From Sphingorhabdus sp. (GTDB taxonomy: Bacteria; Pseudomonadota; Alphaproteobacteria; Sphingomonadales; Sphingomonadaceae): a DNA stretch of 64,000 bases. Shown here piece after piece: positions 43,103-53,031 of the stretch. Position 1 is the stretch's first letter. The number at the start of each line of letters is the position of its first letter. The notes under the pieces were generated by a model. It was not told the DNA's origin. It ran no database searches and saw nothing but the letters and a program-made list of their open reading frames with translations. Location: assembly GCA_040007915.1 (NCBI GenBank), contig JBDTUD010000008.1, forward strand, positions 934 through 64,933, written 5' to 3'. The position numbers were made by a program, and so were the translations under genes.

Positions 43103-45325
43103 ATGAATATCCCCGCCCCATTTTTGCGACCGCCCCGGCCTTTTCTTCTCGCATTGTTGCTGGGCTGGGCTGCGATTCCGCAAATGGCGATGGCGCAGGA
43201 GGAACCTGTAAAAACGCAAGCTGCTGCCAGTGAAGTTATAGATTTTGCTGCGGGCACGGTCGTTTATGACTCCAACACCGAAGTCGTGACCGCCACCGGC
43301 CAAGTCATCGTGAACCGTGACGGATACAGCCTGCGTGCCGATACGATCGTCTGGAACCGGAATACGGGCGAAGTGACTGCCGAGGGCAATATTCGCTCGA
43401 TTGGTCCCGAAGGCGATGTTGCTTATGGCGACAAAATCATTCTGACCGACTCCTTGAAAGACGGCGTTGTTGAAAATCTGCTGGTCGTGCTGGCGGACGG
43501 CGGCAGGCTCGCGGCGAACCGTGGCGAGCGTAATGACGGCGTGCTCATGCTGGATTATGCGGCGTACACCGCATGCCAGATCGAGGATCCCGATGGCTGT
43601 CCCAAAGCGCCAAGCTGGCAAGTCAAAGCGGTCAAGGTCAGCTATGATCCGGTAACCAAACGGGTGAAATACAAGGGCGCCCGGATTGAATTGTTCGGCC
43701 TGCCAATCATTCCCTTGCCCTTCCTGTCACACCTGGTCGATGCCAAGGCAGGCAGCGGTTTCCTTGTCCCAAGCATCGGATTTTCTCGCAACAACGGGCT
43801 AGAGATCAAGCAATCTTATTATTGGCGCATGGCACCAAATCGCGATCTTACCGGTGCCATAACCGGCTTTTCGGATGCAGCGCCACTTGGTCAGGTGAAA
43901 TTTCGTTCGCTTGAAAGCAAGGGCGCGTTTGAAGTGACGGGCTACGGCACCTATAGTAACCGTGTTTCCACACTACCCGGTTCGGTCGGCAGCAAGGTTT
44001 TCCGGGGGTATGTGGAGGGCGCAGCCCGTTTTCAACTGAACCCTTACTGGTCGCTGTCGGCGTCGGGACGCTGGGCATCGGACCGGACATTTTTGCGGCG
44101 CTACGATATCAGCCGGGACGACCGGCTACGGTCAACTTTCGCTGCAGAACGGATCGGCATCGACAGCTATTTCTCGCTTGCGGGATGGGCGGTGCAGACG
44201 TTGCGCGTTGGTGATGTACAAGGTTTGACGCCAATCGCTCTGCCCGAAATCGACTATCGACTACGGCTTGATGACCCGGTCCTTGGCGGAAAGATCCAGT
44301 TGCAAGCGAACAGCCTGGCGATCGGACGGACTTCCGGCCAGGATTCGCAGCGCGCTTTTGCTTCTGCCCAGTGGGATCTGCGGACGCTGACCGGCCTTGG
44401 GCAAGAGCTAAACTTCACGGTGCTCGGTCGTGGCGACATCTATCACAGCGATGAAAACGCCAGTACCGTCACCGCCATTTACCGCGGCGATAGCGGTTTT
44501 CAGGCTCGCGGGATTTTTGCCGCTGCTGCCGATGTCAAATGGCCGTTCGTCGGCAAAGCATTTGGCGGAACGCAGATTTTTACGCCTCGCGTCCAATTGG
44601 TTGCGGCGCCCTCCATCTCCAATTTGCGCGTACCCAATGAAGACTCTCGTGCGGTTGATCTTGAGGACAGCAACCTCTTTGCGCTCAACCGGTTCCCAGG
44701 CTATGACCGGTTTGAAGACAATTACCGGGTCACCTTCGGCTTTGACTGGGCTTTGCGTAAACGCGATTTCACTGCCGACGTTACCATTGGCCAAAGCTAC
44801 CGCCTGTCCAACCGAGCCTCGATCTTCCCCGATGGCACCGGTCTTTCCGACAAGGTATCCGATGTCGTCGGACGGAGTGAATTCCGGTTCAAGGATTTCG
44901 TAAAACTTACCCACCGGTTCCGGCTGGACAAGGACAATTTTGCCATCCGCCGCAATGAAATCGACGCGACCATCGGTTCGCGGAGCACTTATGTTCAGGC
45001 GGGCTATCTGAAACTCAACCGCAATATCGGTCCGACCGTCGAAGACCTTGCCGACCGAGAAGAAATCCGGCTTGCGGGTCGCGTGCGGGTGGCGCGTTAC
45101 TGGTCGGTATTTGGTTCGACGATTATCGATCTGACCGACGCCGCCGAAGACCCGGCGGTACTTTCCGATGGCTTTGATCCGATCCGCCACAGGCTTGGTG
45201 TCGCTTATGACGATGACTGTTTGTCGCTCAGCCTGACTTGGCGGCGGGACTATCAACCCACCGGCGACGCGCGGCAAGGCAACAGCTTCCTGTTCCGGCT
45301 GGCATTTCGCAATCTGGGTGTGTAA
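43103..45325 (+). CDS. lptD: LPS-assembly protein LptD
   Basis: Signal peptide, an OstA-like N-terminal domain, a large beta-barrel, and synteny with surA-pdxA-rsmA. The start is taken at MNIPAPF. Confidence 0.9.
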   Translation: MNIPAPFLRPPRPFLLALLLGWAAIPQMAMAQEEPVKTQAAASEVIDFAAGTVVYDSNTEVVTATGQVIVNRDGYSLRADTIVWNRNTGEVTAEGNIRSIGPEGDVAYGDKIILTDSLKDGVVENLLVVLADGGRLAANRGERNDGVLMLDYAAYTACQIEDPDGCPKAPSWQVKAVKVSYDPVTKRVKYKGARIELFGLPIIPLPFLSHLVDAKAGSGFLVPSIGFSRNNGLEIKQSYYWRMAPNRDLTGAITGFSDAAPLGQVKFRSLESKGAFEVTGYGTYSNRVSTLPGSVGSKVFRGYVEGAARFQLNPYWSLSASGRWASDRTFLRRYDISRDDRLRSTFAAERIGIDSYFSLAGWAVQTLRVGDVQGLTPIALPEIDYRLRLDDPVLGGKIQLQANSLAIGRTSGQDSQRAFASAQWDLRTLTGLGQELNFTVLGRGDIYHSDENASTVTAIYRGDSGFQARGIFAAAADVKWPFVGKAFGGTQIFTPRVQLVAAPSISNLRVPNEDSRAVDLEDSNLFALNRFPGYDRFEDNYRVTFGFDWALRKRDFTADVTIGQSYRLSNRASIFPDGTGLSDKVSDVVGRSEFRFKDFVKLTHRFRLDKDNFAIRRNEIDATIGSRSTYVQAGYLKLNRNIGPTVEDLADREEIRLAGRVRVARYWSVFGSTIIDLTDAAEDPAVLSDGFDPIRHRLGVAYDDDCLSLSLTWRRDYQPTGDARQGNSFLFRLAFRNLGV

Positions 45326-45430
45326 GGCAAACGGGTTACAAGGGGGAAAGACAGGCGCTGCTCATCTGCTGTTCAGCAGGGCCGACCTATTTACCTCCTT
45401 TCAAATGAACTATTTACCGGGCTAAAATCT

Positions 45431-46771
45431 ATGAAGTTTTTGAACCGACTTTCTGTTGTGGCAATTCTTGGTACTGCAACTGCGCTGACGCCGCTGATTG
45501 CACAGACCGTGGCTGATGACGGGGTTCAAGAGGCGAGGCTCGACATTCCCGATGGCCAGAAGCTGTTTGGCAAAAATGATCCCAATTTGCGCCGGGCGAC
45601 TGCACAGGTGAACGGCGAAATCATCACCGGTACCGACATCGACCACCGGCTTGCATTGATTTTGGCCGCGAACGATAACAAGCTTCCGGACGACGAAGTG
45701 GCACGTTTCCGCGCACAAATTCTGACTAACCTCATCGACGAGACGCTGCAAATTCAGGAAGCAGCAGCCAACGAGATCCAGGTTACGGATGCCGAGGTAA
45801 ACCAGTATTTCGACCGCGTGGCCCAACAGAATTTCAACCGCCCTGCGGCTCAGGTGGAAAAATATCTGGCTTCTATTGGCTCATCGGTGGCAACGCTGAA
45901 GAGGCAGATCAAGGGGGAGCTGTCCTGGAGCCGTCTGCTTTCGCGCAACGTGCGCCCGTCGGCCAATGTCAGCGATGACGAGGTCAACGCGATCATAGAG
46001 CGTATCCAGAAAAACAAGGGTTCGACCGAATACCGGTTGGGTGAAATTTATCTTTCGTCAACGCCTGAAACAATGGAGGCGGTGTCCGCAAACGCCAAAA
46101 AGATCATGGATCAATTGCGTCAGGGCGGAAACTTTGTCGCTTATGCCCGCCAATTTTCCGAAGCCTCAACCGCCCCCGTGGGCGGTGATCTCGGTTGGCT
46201 TTCGCTTGGCCAGTTACCTCAATCGCTGGCCAACGCTGCCGCAGAAATGAACAGCAACGAAGTGGTTGCAGTGCCCTCGCCCGGCGGCATATCGATTTTA
46301 ATGCTGATTGATAAACGGCAGGTAGCGACCAGCGACCCGCGCGATTCGCTCCTAAGCCTGAAACAGATCGCGATCGCCTTTCCGAAAGGCACAACGGAGG
46401 CGCAGGTGGCGCCCATGGTAAAACGGTTCAGCGACGAAACGCAGAAAATCAGCGGTTGCGGCGCGGCCGACAAAATGGCCGAGCAATTGGGCGCAGACGT
46501 TGTCAACCGTGACGGCATCAAAGTGCGCGATTTGCCGGCACCGTTGCAGCAGGTCATGCTGGAACTGCAAGTGGGCCAGTCGACCCCGCCTTACGGCTCA
46601 TTGGACGACGGCGTGCGTGTGTTCGTGCTGTGCGGACGCGATGCACCGCAAAATGCCACCACCGAGTCATTCGATGAGATCATGTCACGGCTGGAAGAAG
46701 AGCGCGTCAACAAGCGTGCCCGCATTTACCTTCGCGATCTTCGCCGCGACGCGATTATCGAATATAACTAA
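45431..46771 (+). CDS. surA: periplasmic chaperone / peptidylprolyl isomerase SurA
   Basis: Signal peptide, a SurA N-domain and parvulin-like regions, with synteny. Confidence 0.85.
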   Translation: MKFLNRLSVVAILGTATALTPLIAQTVADDGVQEARLDIPDGQKLFGKNDPNLRRATAQVNGEIITGTDIDHRLALILAANDNKLPDDEVARFRAQILTNLIDETLQIQEAAANEIQVTDAEVNQYFDRVAQQNFNRPAAQVEKYLASIGSSVATLKRQIKGELSWSRLLSRNVRPSANVSDDEVNAIIERIQKNKGSTEYRLGEIYLSSTPETMEAVSANAKKIMDQLRQGGNFVAYARQFSEASTAPVGGDLGWLSLGQLPQSLANAAAEMNSNEVVAVPSPGGISILMLIDKRQVATSDPRDSLLSLKQIAIAFPKGTTEAQVAPMVKRFSDETQKISGCGAADKMAEQLGADVVNRDGIKVRDLPAPLQQVMLELQVGQSTPPYGSLDDGVRVFVLCGRDAPQNATTESFDEIMSRLEEERVNKRARIYLRDLRRDAIIEYN

Positions 46772-46773
46772 TC

Positions 46774-47787
46774 ATGATTGATCGACTGACCTTGCCACTG
46801 GCGGTGTCGGTCGGCGATCCTGCCGGAATCGGTCCGGAAATTATCGGCAAAGCGTGGGAAGCGCGGCGCGAAAAATCGCTTGCGCCGTTTTTTGCGATCG
46901 GCGACGTCGCTAGTTTCGCGCCGCACTGGAATGGGCCGGTCATCAAGATTGATGACCCTGCCGATACGGCAAAACATTTCGGTGACGCGCTACCCGTTAT
47001 CCAGTTGCACAATTGTATCTCGGTTGTGCCCGGACAGCCCGATCTCGACGGAGCGCACTGCGCTTATCAGGCGCTCGAAATGGCGATCGGTTTCGCCCGT
47101 GCGGGAAGTGCTGCTGCGTTAGTGACCGGGCCGGTTTCCAAAGCGCAGCTTTACGCGGTCGGCTTCACCCATCCCGGGCAAACCGAATTTATCGCCGAAC
47201 GCTGCGGTGTTTCAAAAAACAACGCGGTAATGATGCTCGCCGGGCCTGATTTGCGGGTAGTGCCGATGACCACGCATATCCCTCTGGCGTCGGTTGCGGG
47301 CATGCTCGACGGGCGTTTGATCCGCCAGCGTTTGCGCGCGACTGCCAAGGGTTTGCAGCGCAATTTCGGCATCGAAAAACCCAGGCTCGCGGTTGCGGGG
47401 TTCAACCCGCACGCTGGCGAGTCGGGCAATATGGGCCGCGAGGAGATTGACCTGTTCGGCCCCGCTATTGAGCAAATTCGGGGTGAGGGATTTGATGTTA
47501 TCGGTCCGCTTCCAGCCGATACGATGTTCCATGCCGAAGCCAGATCGCATTACGACGCAGCGTTATGTGCCTATCATGATCAGGCGCTAATCCCGCTAAA
47601 AACCCTCTATTTTCACGATGCGGTCAATATGACCCTCGGTCTGCCCGTCGTTCGCACCTCGCCCGATCATGGCACCGCGTTCGGCATAGCGGGCCAGAAT
47701 AAAGCCATGCCCAATTCGATGATCGCGGCGATCAAAATGGCGGAGATGGCGGCGCTCAACCGCATGGCTGCCGACGCGGCGGCATGA
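46774..47787 (+). CDS. pdxA: 4-hydroxythreonine-4-phosphate dehydrogenase
   Basis: GDPAGIGPEI, HPGQTEF, RTSPDHGTAF. Confidence 0.93.
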   Translation: MIDRLTLPLAVSVGDPAGIGPEIIGKAWEARREKSLAPFFAIGDVASFAPHWNGPVIKIDDPADTAKHFGDALPVIQLHNCISVVPGQPDLDGAHCAYQALEMAIGFARAGSAAALVTGPVSKAQLYAVGFTHPGQTEFIAERCGVSKNNAVMMLAGPDLRVVPMTTHIPLASVAGMLDGRLIRQRLRATAKGLQRNFGIEKPRLAVAGFNPHAGESGNMGREEIDLFGPAIEQIRGEGFDVIGPLPADTMFHAEARSHYDAALCAYHDQALIPLKTLYFHDAVNMTLGLPVVRTSPDHGTAFGIAGQNKAMPNSMIAAIKMAEMAALNRMAADAAA

Positions 47788-48638
47788 GCCACCCCGAACT
47801 GCCGCCCCTGCGCGAGGTTATCAAACGGCATGGCCTCTCGGCGAGCAAGGCGCTGGGGCAGAATTTCCTGTTTGACGAGCAGTTGCTCGACCGGATCGCC
47901 GCCATCCCCGGCGACCTGAAAGGCGCGCAGGTTTATGAAGTCGGCCCGGGTCCCGGTGGACTAACACGGGCGCTGCTGCGGGCTGGTGCCAACGTAACTG
48001 CTGTGGAGCGCGACCATCGTTGCCTGCCCGCTTTGACCGAACTGGCGGAGGCATTCCCGGGGCAGCTTCGGGTTATCGACGGCGATGCCATGAAGGTCGA
48101 CCCGGCAAAAGAGATCGGCGCGCCATTTCATATCGTGTCCAACCTGCCTTATAATGTCGGCACCGCGCTCGCGGTGGGGTGGCTGAGCGGCGACGCGTGG
48201 CCACCGGCTTGGCAATCATTGACTTTGATGTTTCAACGCGAAGTTGCCGAGCGGATCGTCGCTTCTCCCGGCTCCGACGCTTTTGGTCGGCTGGCTATTC
48301 TTGCGCAGTGGCGCTCCACGGCAAAAATCGCGATGCCCGTCCACCGCTCCGCTTTCACGCCGCCACCCAAGGTGATGTCAGCGGTGGTACATATCACCCC
48401 ATCGGTGGCACCTGGGGGCGTTAGCATGGCGACCTTGGAGAAGCTGACCGCTGCTGCCTTTGGTCAACGCCGCAAAATGCTGCGCCAAAGCCTGAAGGGG
48501 GTGCCAGGCGGATTGGATGCACTGACCAGCACCGGCATCGCTGCGGACCGCAGGCCGGAAACGCTGCAACTGGCCGAATGGCTGGCAATGGCCCGAGCGA
48601 TTGATGCAGGGGTGGCAAAGGCAGGCGACGCCCGCTAA
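47784..48638 (+). CDS. rsmA: 16S rRNA (adenine1518-N6/adenine1519-N6)-dimethyltransferase
   Basis: LGQNFL, EVGPGPGGLT, SNLPYNV. Confidence 0.93.
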   Translation: MSHPELPPLREVIKRHGLSASKALGQNFLFDEQLLDRIAAIPGDLKGAQVYEVGPGPGGLTRALLRAGANVTAVERDHRCLPALTELAEAFPGQLRVIDGDAMKVDPAKEIGAPFHIVSNLPYNVGTALAVGWLSGDAWPPAWQSLTLMFQREVAERIVASPGSDAFGRLAILAQWRSTAKIAMPVHRSAFTPPPKVMSAVVHITPSVAPGGVSMATLEKLTAAAFGQRRKMLRQSLKGVPGGLDALTSTGIAADRRPETLQLAEWLAMARAIDAGVAKAGDAR

Positions 48639-48647
48639 AGGTTACAA

Positions 48648-49856
48648 ATGCAATCGCTTTTGCCCCAGGAAACAGCCGCGCTAGAACAGATCGAGCATGA
48701 TCCGATGCTCGCGCAGGTACAGGCTTGGGTGACGGTAAATAGCGGCTCGGGCAATCTGGCCGGACTTGCCAATACTGCCGAAATGCTTGCGGATGGTTTT
48801 TCAGGATTGCCGGGGGACGTTGAACTCATCCCCCCTGCTCCCGTCGAACGCGTCCGCGCCGATGGTATGATCGAGAGCGTCGAACATGGCAGGCATTTAG
48901 TCGTCACTGTCCGTCCGGACGCGCCGGTGCAATTGCTGTTCACCGGACATATGGACACCGTGTTTGCAGCCGATCATATATTTCAGGAGCAGCAATGGCT
49001 GGAGGACGGCATCCTGAACGGTCCGGGTGTAGCGGATATGAAGGGCGGCATATCCGTCATGCTGGCGGCCCTGCGCGCGTTTGAAACAACGGCAGACGCG
49101 GGACGCATCGGCTATCAGGTGATGATTAACAGCGATGAGGAGGTCGGTTCCCCTTCATCCGCTCCGCTGATCACAAAGCTTGCCAAAGCTAAGTTGGCGG
49201 CACTGACTTACGAGCCCGCCCTCCCCGATGGCACACTTGCCGGCGCGCGAGCGGGGAGCGGTAATTTCTCGATCATCATAACCGGCAAAAGCGCGCATGC
49301 AGGCCGCAATCCGGAGGACGGACGCAATGCCCTGCTGGCCGCCGCTGATCTTGCCTTGCGGATGAAGGCACTGACCCGCGAAGGCCTGTCGGTCAATCCG
49401 GCGCGGATTGACGGCGGCGGCCCGAACAATGTCGTGCCCGACCATGCGGTTCTGCGCGTCAACCTGCGGCCGTACAGCCCCGATCTCGAAATTTTCGCGG
49501 ACACCGAAATCAGGAAGCTGGTGGCCGACATCGAACGCGAACATAACGTGCGCGCGCATCTGCACGGCAGTTTTGGCCGTCCACCCAAGCCCATCGATGC
49601 CGGTGCGGAAAAGCTTTTCACTCTTGTCAAGCGATGTGGCACCGATTTGGGCATTGCGATCAACTGGCGCTCGACCGGCGGCGTGTGCGACGGCAACAAT
49701 ATTGCGGCTTGCGACGTGCCGGTGGTTGACACGATGGGCGTGCGCGGCGGCAGCATCCACAGCGCCGACGAATTTCTTATTACCGAAAGCCTTGTCGAAC
49801 GTGCGCGTCTGTCCGCACTCACCATCATGCGGATTGCCGCCAAAGGAAGTCTATGA
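48648..49856 (+). CDS. M20 family metallohydrolase (ArgE/DapE/carboxypeptidase G2-like)
   Basis: GHMDTV, GPGVADMKGG, NSDEEVGS. ATGA overlap with astA. Confidence 0.8.
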   Translation: MQSLLPQETAALEQIEHDPMLAQVQAWVTVNSGSGNLAGLANTAEMLADGFSGLPGDVELIPPAPVERVRADGMIESVEHGRHLVVTVRPDAPVQLLFTGHMDTVFAADHIFQEQQWLEDGILNGPGVADMKGGISVMLAALRAFETTADAGRIGYQVMINSDEEVGSPSSAPLITKLAKAKLAALTYEPALPDGTLAGARAGSGNFSIIITGKSAHAGRNPEDGRNALLAAADLALRMKALTREGLSVNPARIDGGGPNNVVPDHAVLRVNLRPYSPDLEIFADTEIRKLVADIEREHNVRAHLHGSFGRPPKPIDAGAEKLFTLVKRCGTDLGIAINWRSTGGVCDGNNIAACDVPVVDTMGVRGGSIHSADEFLITESLVERARLSALTIMRIAAKGSL

Positions 49857-50884
49857 CCTTTATCATCCGCCCGGCTTTAATGGACGATGTGCAGCCGATT
49901 TACGAAATGGCAAAACGCACCGGCGGCGGGTTCACCAATTTGCCGCCGGACCGTAACGCGCTGACCGCCAAGCTCGAACGATCCGCCGCTGCCTTTACGC
50001 GCGAGGGCGACAACGTCAACGACGACCTCTATGTCTTCGTGTTGCAAAATACCGAGACCGGCGAAGTGCGCGGGACGTGCCAGATTTTCGGCTGCGTTGG
50101 TCAGAAAGGCCCATTCTACAGTTACCGCATCGGTGCATTGACCCAGCAAAGCGAGGAATTGGGCCGCACCTTTCGCGCTGATATCCTCAACCTTTCCACC
50201 GACATGGAAGGGGCAACCGAGGTCGGCGGGCTTTTCCTCCACCCCGGCGAACGGGCGGGTGGGCTTGGCATGTTGATCGCCCGCAGCCGCTATCTTTTCA
50301 TTCGCAACCACCGCGCACGCTTTGCCGACCGGACGCTGGCCGAACTGCGCGGCGTCATTGACGAAGCGGGCGGATCGCCATTCTGGGACGGGGTTGCAGG
50401 ACGTTTTTTTGGCATGAGTTTTCAGGAGGCCGACGAATTTAACGCCAAGAACGGCAACCGGTTTATCGCCGACCTGATGCCCAAACACCCCGTATATATC
50501 GCGATGCTGAGTGAGGCAGCGCGTCACGTCATTGGCGTGCCGCATCCTTCGGGCCGCGCCGCAATGCGGATGCTGGAAGAAGAAGGCTTTTCCTGGGAAA
50601 ATTACGTCGATATTTTCGACGGCGGTCCTACAATGAGCGCACGCACCGACCAAATCCGCAGCATCAGAGAAGCAAAAGACGCGCAGATTTCAAGAATCAG
50701 CGATGATCTTGGCGACCACAAAGAAGGTGCAAAAATGCTGATCGCACATGGGCGTTTGGGGCAATTCAGGGCGGCTTATGGCTGGATCGCGAACGATGCC
50801 GACGGCGTCGCGCTCGATACAGCTTGTGCGGATACGATGGGATTGTCTGTGGGCGACGACATCACTTTTGTAGCCCGGTGGTGA
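49853..50884 (+). CDS. astA: arginine N-succinyltransferase
   Basis: MTFIIRPA...GGGFTNLP N-terminus with full-length AstA similarity. Confidence 0.88.
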   Translation: MTFIIRPALMDDVQPIYEMAKRTGGGFTNLPPDRNALTAKLERSAAAFTREGDNVNDDLYVFVLQNTETGEVRGTCQIFGCVGQKGPFYSYRIGALTQQSEELGRTFRADILNLSTDMEGATEVGGLFLHPGERAGGLGMLIARSRYLFIRNHRARFADRTLAELRGVIDEAGGSPFWDGVAGRFFGMSFQEADEFNAKNGNRFIADLMPKHPVYIAMLSEAARHVIGVPHPSGRAAMRMLEEEGFSWENYVDIFDGGPTMSARTDQIRSIREAKDAQISRISDDLGDHKEGAKMLIAHGRLGQFRAAYGWIANDADGVALDTACADTMGLSVGDDITFVARW

Positions 50885-50887
50885 ACG

Positions 50888-52141
50888 ATGGCGCTGGTTG
50901 AAATAAACTTCGACGGCATCATCGGCCCCAGTCATAATTATGCAGGGCTGAGCCTGGGCAATATTGCATCGGCCAGCAATTCGGGAGCGATATCCAGCCC
51001 GCGTGCGGCGGCGCTTCAAGGCATTGAGAAAATGCGTGCCAATTTGCAGGCAGGTTTGGCACAAGGTTTCTTCATGCCGCTGGACCGCCCAAACCAGGCA
51101 TGGCTTGCCGCTCTGGCGACCGACGTGGCGAGCGCCGAGCCACATATCCGCGCCGCCGCTTTTTCGGCCTCTGCCATGTGGGCGGCCAATGCGGCAACGG
51201 TTTCGCCAGCACCCGATACCGCAGACGGGCGCTGTCATTTATCGGCTGCCAATCTGTTGACAATGGCGCATCGGAGCCATGAATGGCCAGGCACGTTGGC
51301 ACAACTGAAACTGGCATTCGCCGACGAGCGCCATTTCGCCGTCCATGCTGCCGTGCCCTCGCCTTATGGCGACGAAGGTGCGGCCAATTTCATGCGACTG
51401 TGTCTTTCGCACGGCGAGCCGGGCATCGAGATATTTGTTTATGGCAAGGCAGGCGGCCCCTTCCCGGCGCGGCAGCACATCGAATCGTCAAAGGCGATTG
51501 CGCGTGCGCATCAACTCAACCCCGCCAGAACCTTGTTCGTGCAGCAATCCGAAATCGCGATTGCGGCGGGCGCGTTCCACAATGATGTGGTCGCGGTTGC
51601 CAATGAACGCATATTGTTCACGCACGAGCAGGCTTTTGAACATCCGGAAGAGACCTATGCGCAGATCAACGCGTTGATGCCCGAGGCGGAGGTCATCATT
51701 GTCCCCGCTGAACGCGTTTCGCTGGCGGATGCAGTCCAAAGCTATTTGTTTAACGCCCAATTGGTGACACTTCCGGATGGCCGCATGGCGCTGATCCTAC
51801 CCAGCGAAGCGCAAGCGAACAGCAATGTATGGGGCTGGCTCAGTGAAATGGTCGCGGGTAACGGCCCGATCCGCGAGTTGGTGCCGGTCGATGTCCGGCA
51901 ATCGATGGCCAATGGCGGCGGTCCGGCCTGTTTGCGGCTGCGCGTCGTTGCCGATCCCGATACGGTCGACGCACGGTTCATGGCGGATGAGGCAAAGCTG
52001 GACCGGATGGCAGCGGTTATATCCCAACATTGGCCGGAAAGTATTTCGCCCGATCAACTCGGTGATCCGGCTTTGGTGAAGCAGGTGCAAACGGCCCGAG
52101 CTGCTCTGCTGGATGCTGTGGATTTAACTGAGCTCACGTAA
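50888..52141 (+). CDS. astB: N-succinylarginine dihydrolase
   Basis: EINFDGIIGPSHNYAGLS N-terminus and the C-terminal GGGPACLRLR catalytic Cys region. Confidence 0.9.
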   Translation: MALVEINFDGIIGPSHNYAGLSLGNIASASNSGAISSPRAAALQGIEKMRANLQAGLAQGFFMPLDRPNQAWLAALATDVASAEPHIRAAAFSASAMWAANAATVSPAPDTADGRCHLSAANLLTMAHRSHEWPGTLAQLKLAFADERHFAVHAAVPSPYGDEGAANFMRLCLSHGEPGIEIFVYGKAGGPFPARQHIESSKAIARAHQLNPARTLFVQQSEIAIAAGAFHNDVVAVANERILFTHEQAFEHPEETYAQINALMPEAEVIIVPAERVSLADAVQSYLFNAQLVTLPDGRMALILPSEAQANSNVWGWLSEMVAGNGPIRELVPVDVRQSMANGGGPACLRLRVVADPDTVDARFMADEAKLDRMAAVISQHWPESISPDQLGDPALVKQVQTARAALLDAVDLTELT

Positions 52142-52150
52142 AAACTCATT

Positions 52151-52195
52151 GTCATCCCCGACTTGATCGGGGATCCATGGTCCAGCGGGCAGGCC
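52151..52195. repeat. GTCATCCCCGACTTGATCGGGGATCC... repeat (hairpin ATCCCCGA-CTTGA-TCGGGGAT)
   Basis: 8-bp stem. Homologous to 22115-22159. A T5 run follows at 52201-52205, so it may also terminate astB. Confidence 0.7.
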
Positions 52196-52287
52196 GTCGG
52201 TTTTTCTTACAAACGCTGTAACCGTTAACCATCGTAACGCAGCATTTCTGCAACTGGCACAGGCATTGCTAATATGTTTGTTAACCT

Positions 52288-52512
52288 ATGAAAAAGCTCA
52301 AACGCCTGTTCCAGATCAAGACCAAATTCGAGGTCTTCCTTGTCACTTATGCATTGGGGATGGGTGCCGTCATGCGGGGCCAGGAATATATGCACCAATA
52401 TCCCGGCAACATTGGCAAAGTGTTTTTCGTGCTGTGCACAGGCGCGGTTTTCCTCGCCTCGGCAAAGATGCTCGAAGCGGTTGAATATCAACGCGCATTT
52501 GGGGTGGATTAA
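52288..52512 (+). CDS. small hypothetical membrane protein (74 aa)
   Basis: Two hydrophobic segments. Third-codon positions are G/C-biased in this frame. No clear SD. A competing minus-strand ORF exists at 52225..52491. Confidence 0.4.
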   Translation: MKKLKRLFQIKTKFEVFLVTYALGMGAVMRGQEYMHQYPGNIGKVFFVLCTGAVFLASAKMLEAVEYQRAFGVD

Positions 52513-52531
52513 GTGTGCTCTGCTTATGCTA

Positions 52532-52602
52532 AACCGTAGCCCTGAACCTGTCGAAGGGCGCTTGTCGGCTAGCCGTGCATCGACAGGCTCAGCACTACGG
52601 TT
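52532..52602. repeat. long imperfect palindromic repeat (AACCGTAGCCCTGAACCTGTCGA ... TCGACAGGCTCAGCACTACGGTT)
   Basis: 23-nt arms with a few mismatches. Belongs to the CCTGTCGAAG / TCGACAGG type of alphaproteobacterial repeat (class recalled from memory). Lies at the 3' side of ssrA and may act as its terminator. Confidence 0.7.
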
Positions 52603-52609
52603 AATATTT

Positions 52610-52985
52610 CCGCTTATGTATAGAAGCTTGTAAGTCCGGAGGATTCTGTTGCCCGGCTCCTCCGGGGCCGCTGTAACCTTTCTGTTGCCCGGCCGGTTCG
52701 GCCGCGTTCTTTTAGTATAAGTTCAGACCGTGAGGCCCAAAATTATGCTGCGAGAGCAAGTGCGTTGTTATCGTTTGCACCTATTGGTTGTGAACGGTTT
52801 TACGGCTCATTCAGGCCGGGCAAAAACAATGTCTTTGAACACACGTCGATCCTAGTTCAGCCCCATCAATAGCCCCGAAGTCCGGGGTTTTTGGTGGAGC
52901 TGCCGGGTACCGCCCCCGGGTCCGCTGCATCTATTACACATCACCATTTATCACCATATCCGGGCGAACCCGGCACCGACCTATA
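52610..52985 (-). ncRNA. ssrA: circularly permuted two-piece tmRNA gene (ssrA); outer boundaries approximate
   Basis: Minus strand reads T-arm CCGGG-GGCGGTA-CCCGG, then CAGCTCC-ACCA (3' end at 52892). A 27-nt linker follows, then GGGGCTGAACTAGGATCGACG (5' end at 52864). The tag ORF GCAAACGATAACAACGCACTTGCTCTCGCAGCATAA (52778..52743) encodes ANDNNALALAA. The acceptor stem has a G3.U70 pair. Confidence 0.85.
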
Positions 52986-53031
52986 TAGGCGCTTTTTGGT
53001 GAATGGGAAGTGAAGGCGGTTAATTCGGGGT

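Noticed and set aside
52225-52491. 88-aa minus-strand ORF competing with the 74-aa plus-strand ORF 52288..52512.
   Set aside because: Third-position G/C bias and two clear hydrophobic helices favour the plus-strand frame. Neither ORF has strong support, so only the plus ORF is listed, at low confidence.
52892-52935. tRNA-like T-arm plus CCA end that might be taken for a tRNA gene.
   Set aside because: There is no anticodon arm or D-arm. The matching 5' acceptor strand lies downstream (permuted) and is followed by a tag ORF, so this is the tRNA-like domain of the two-piece tmRNA.
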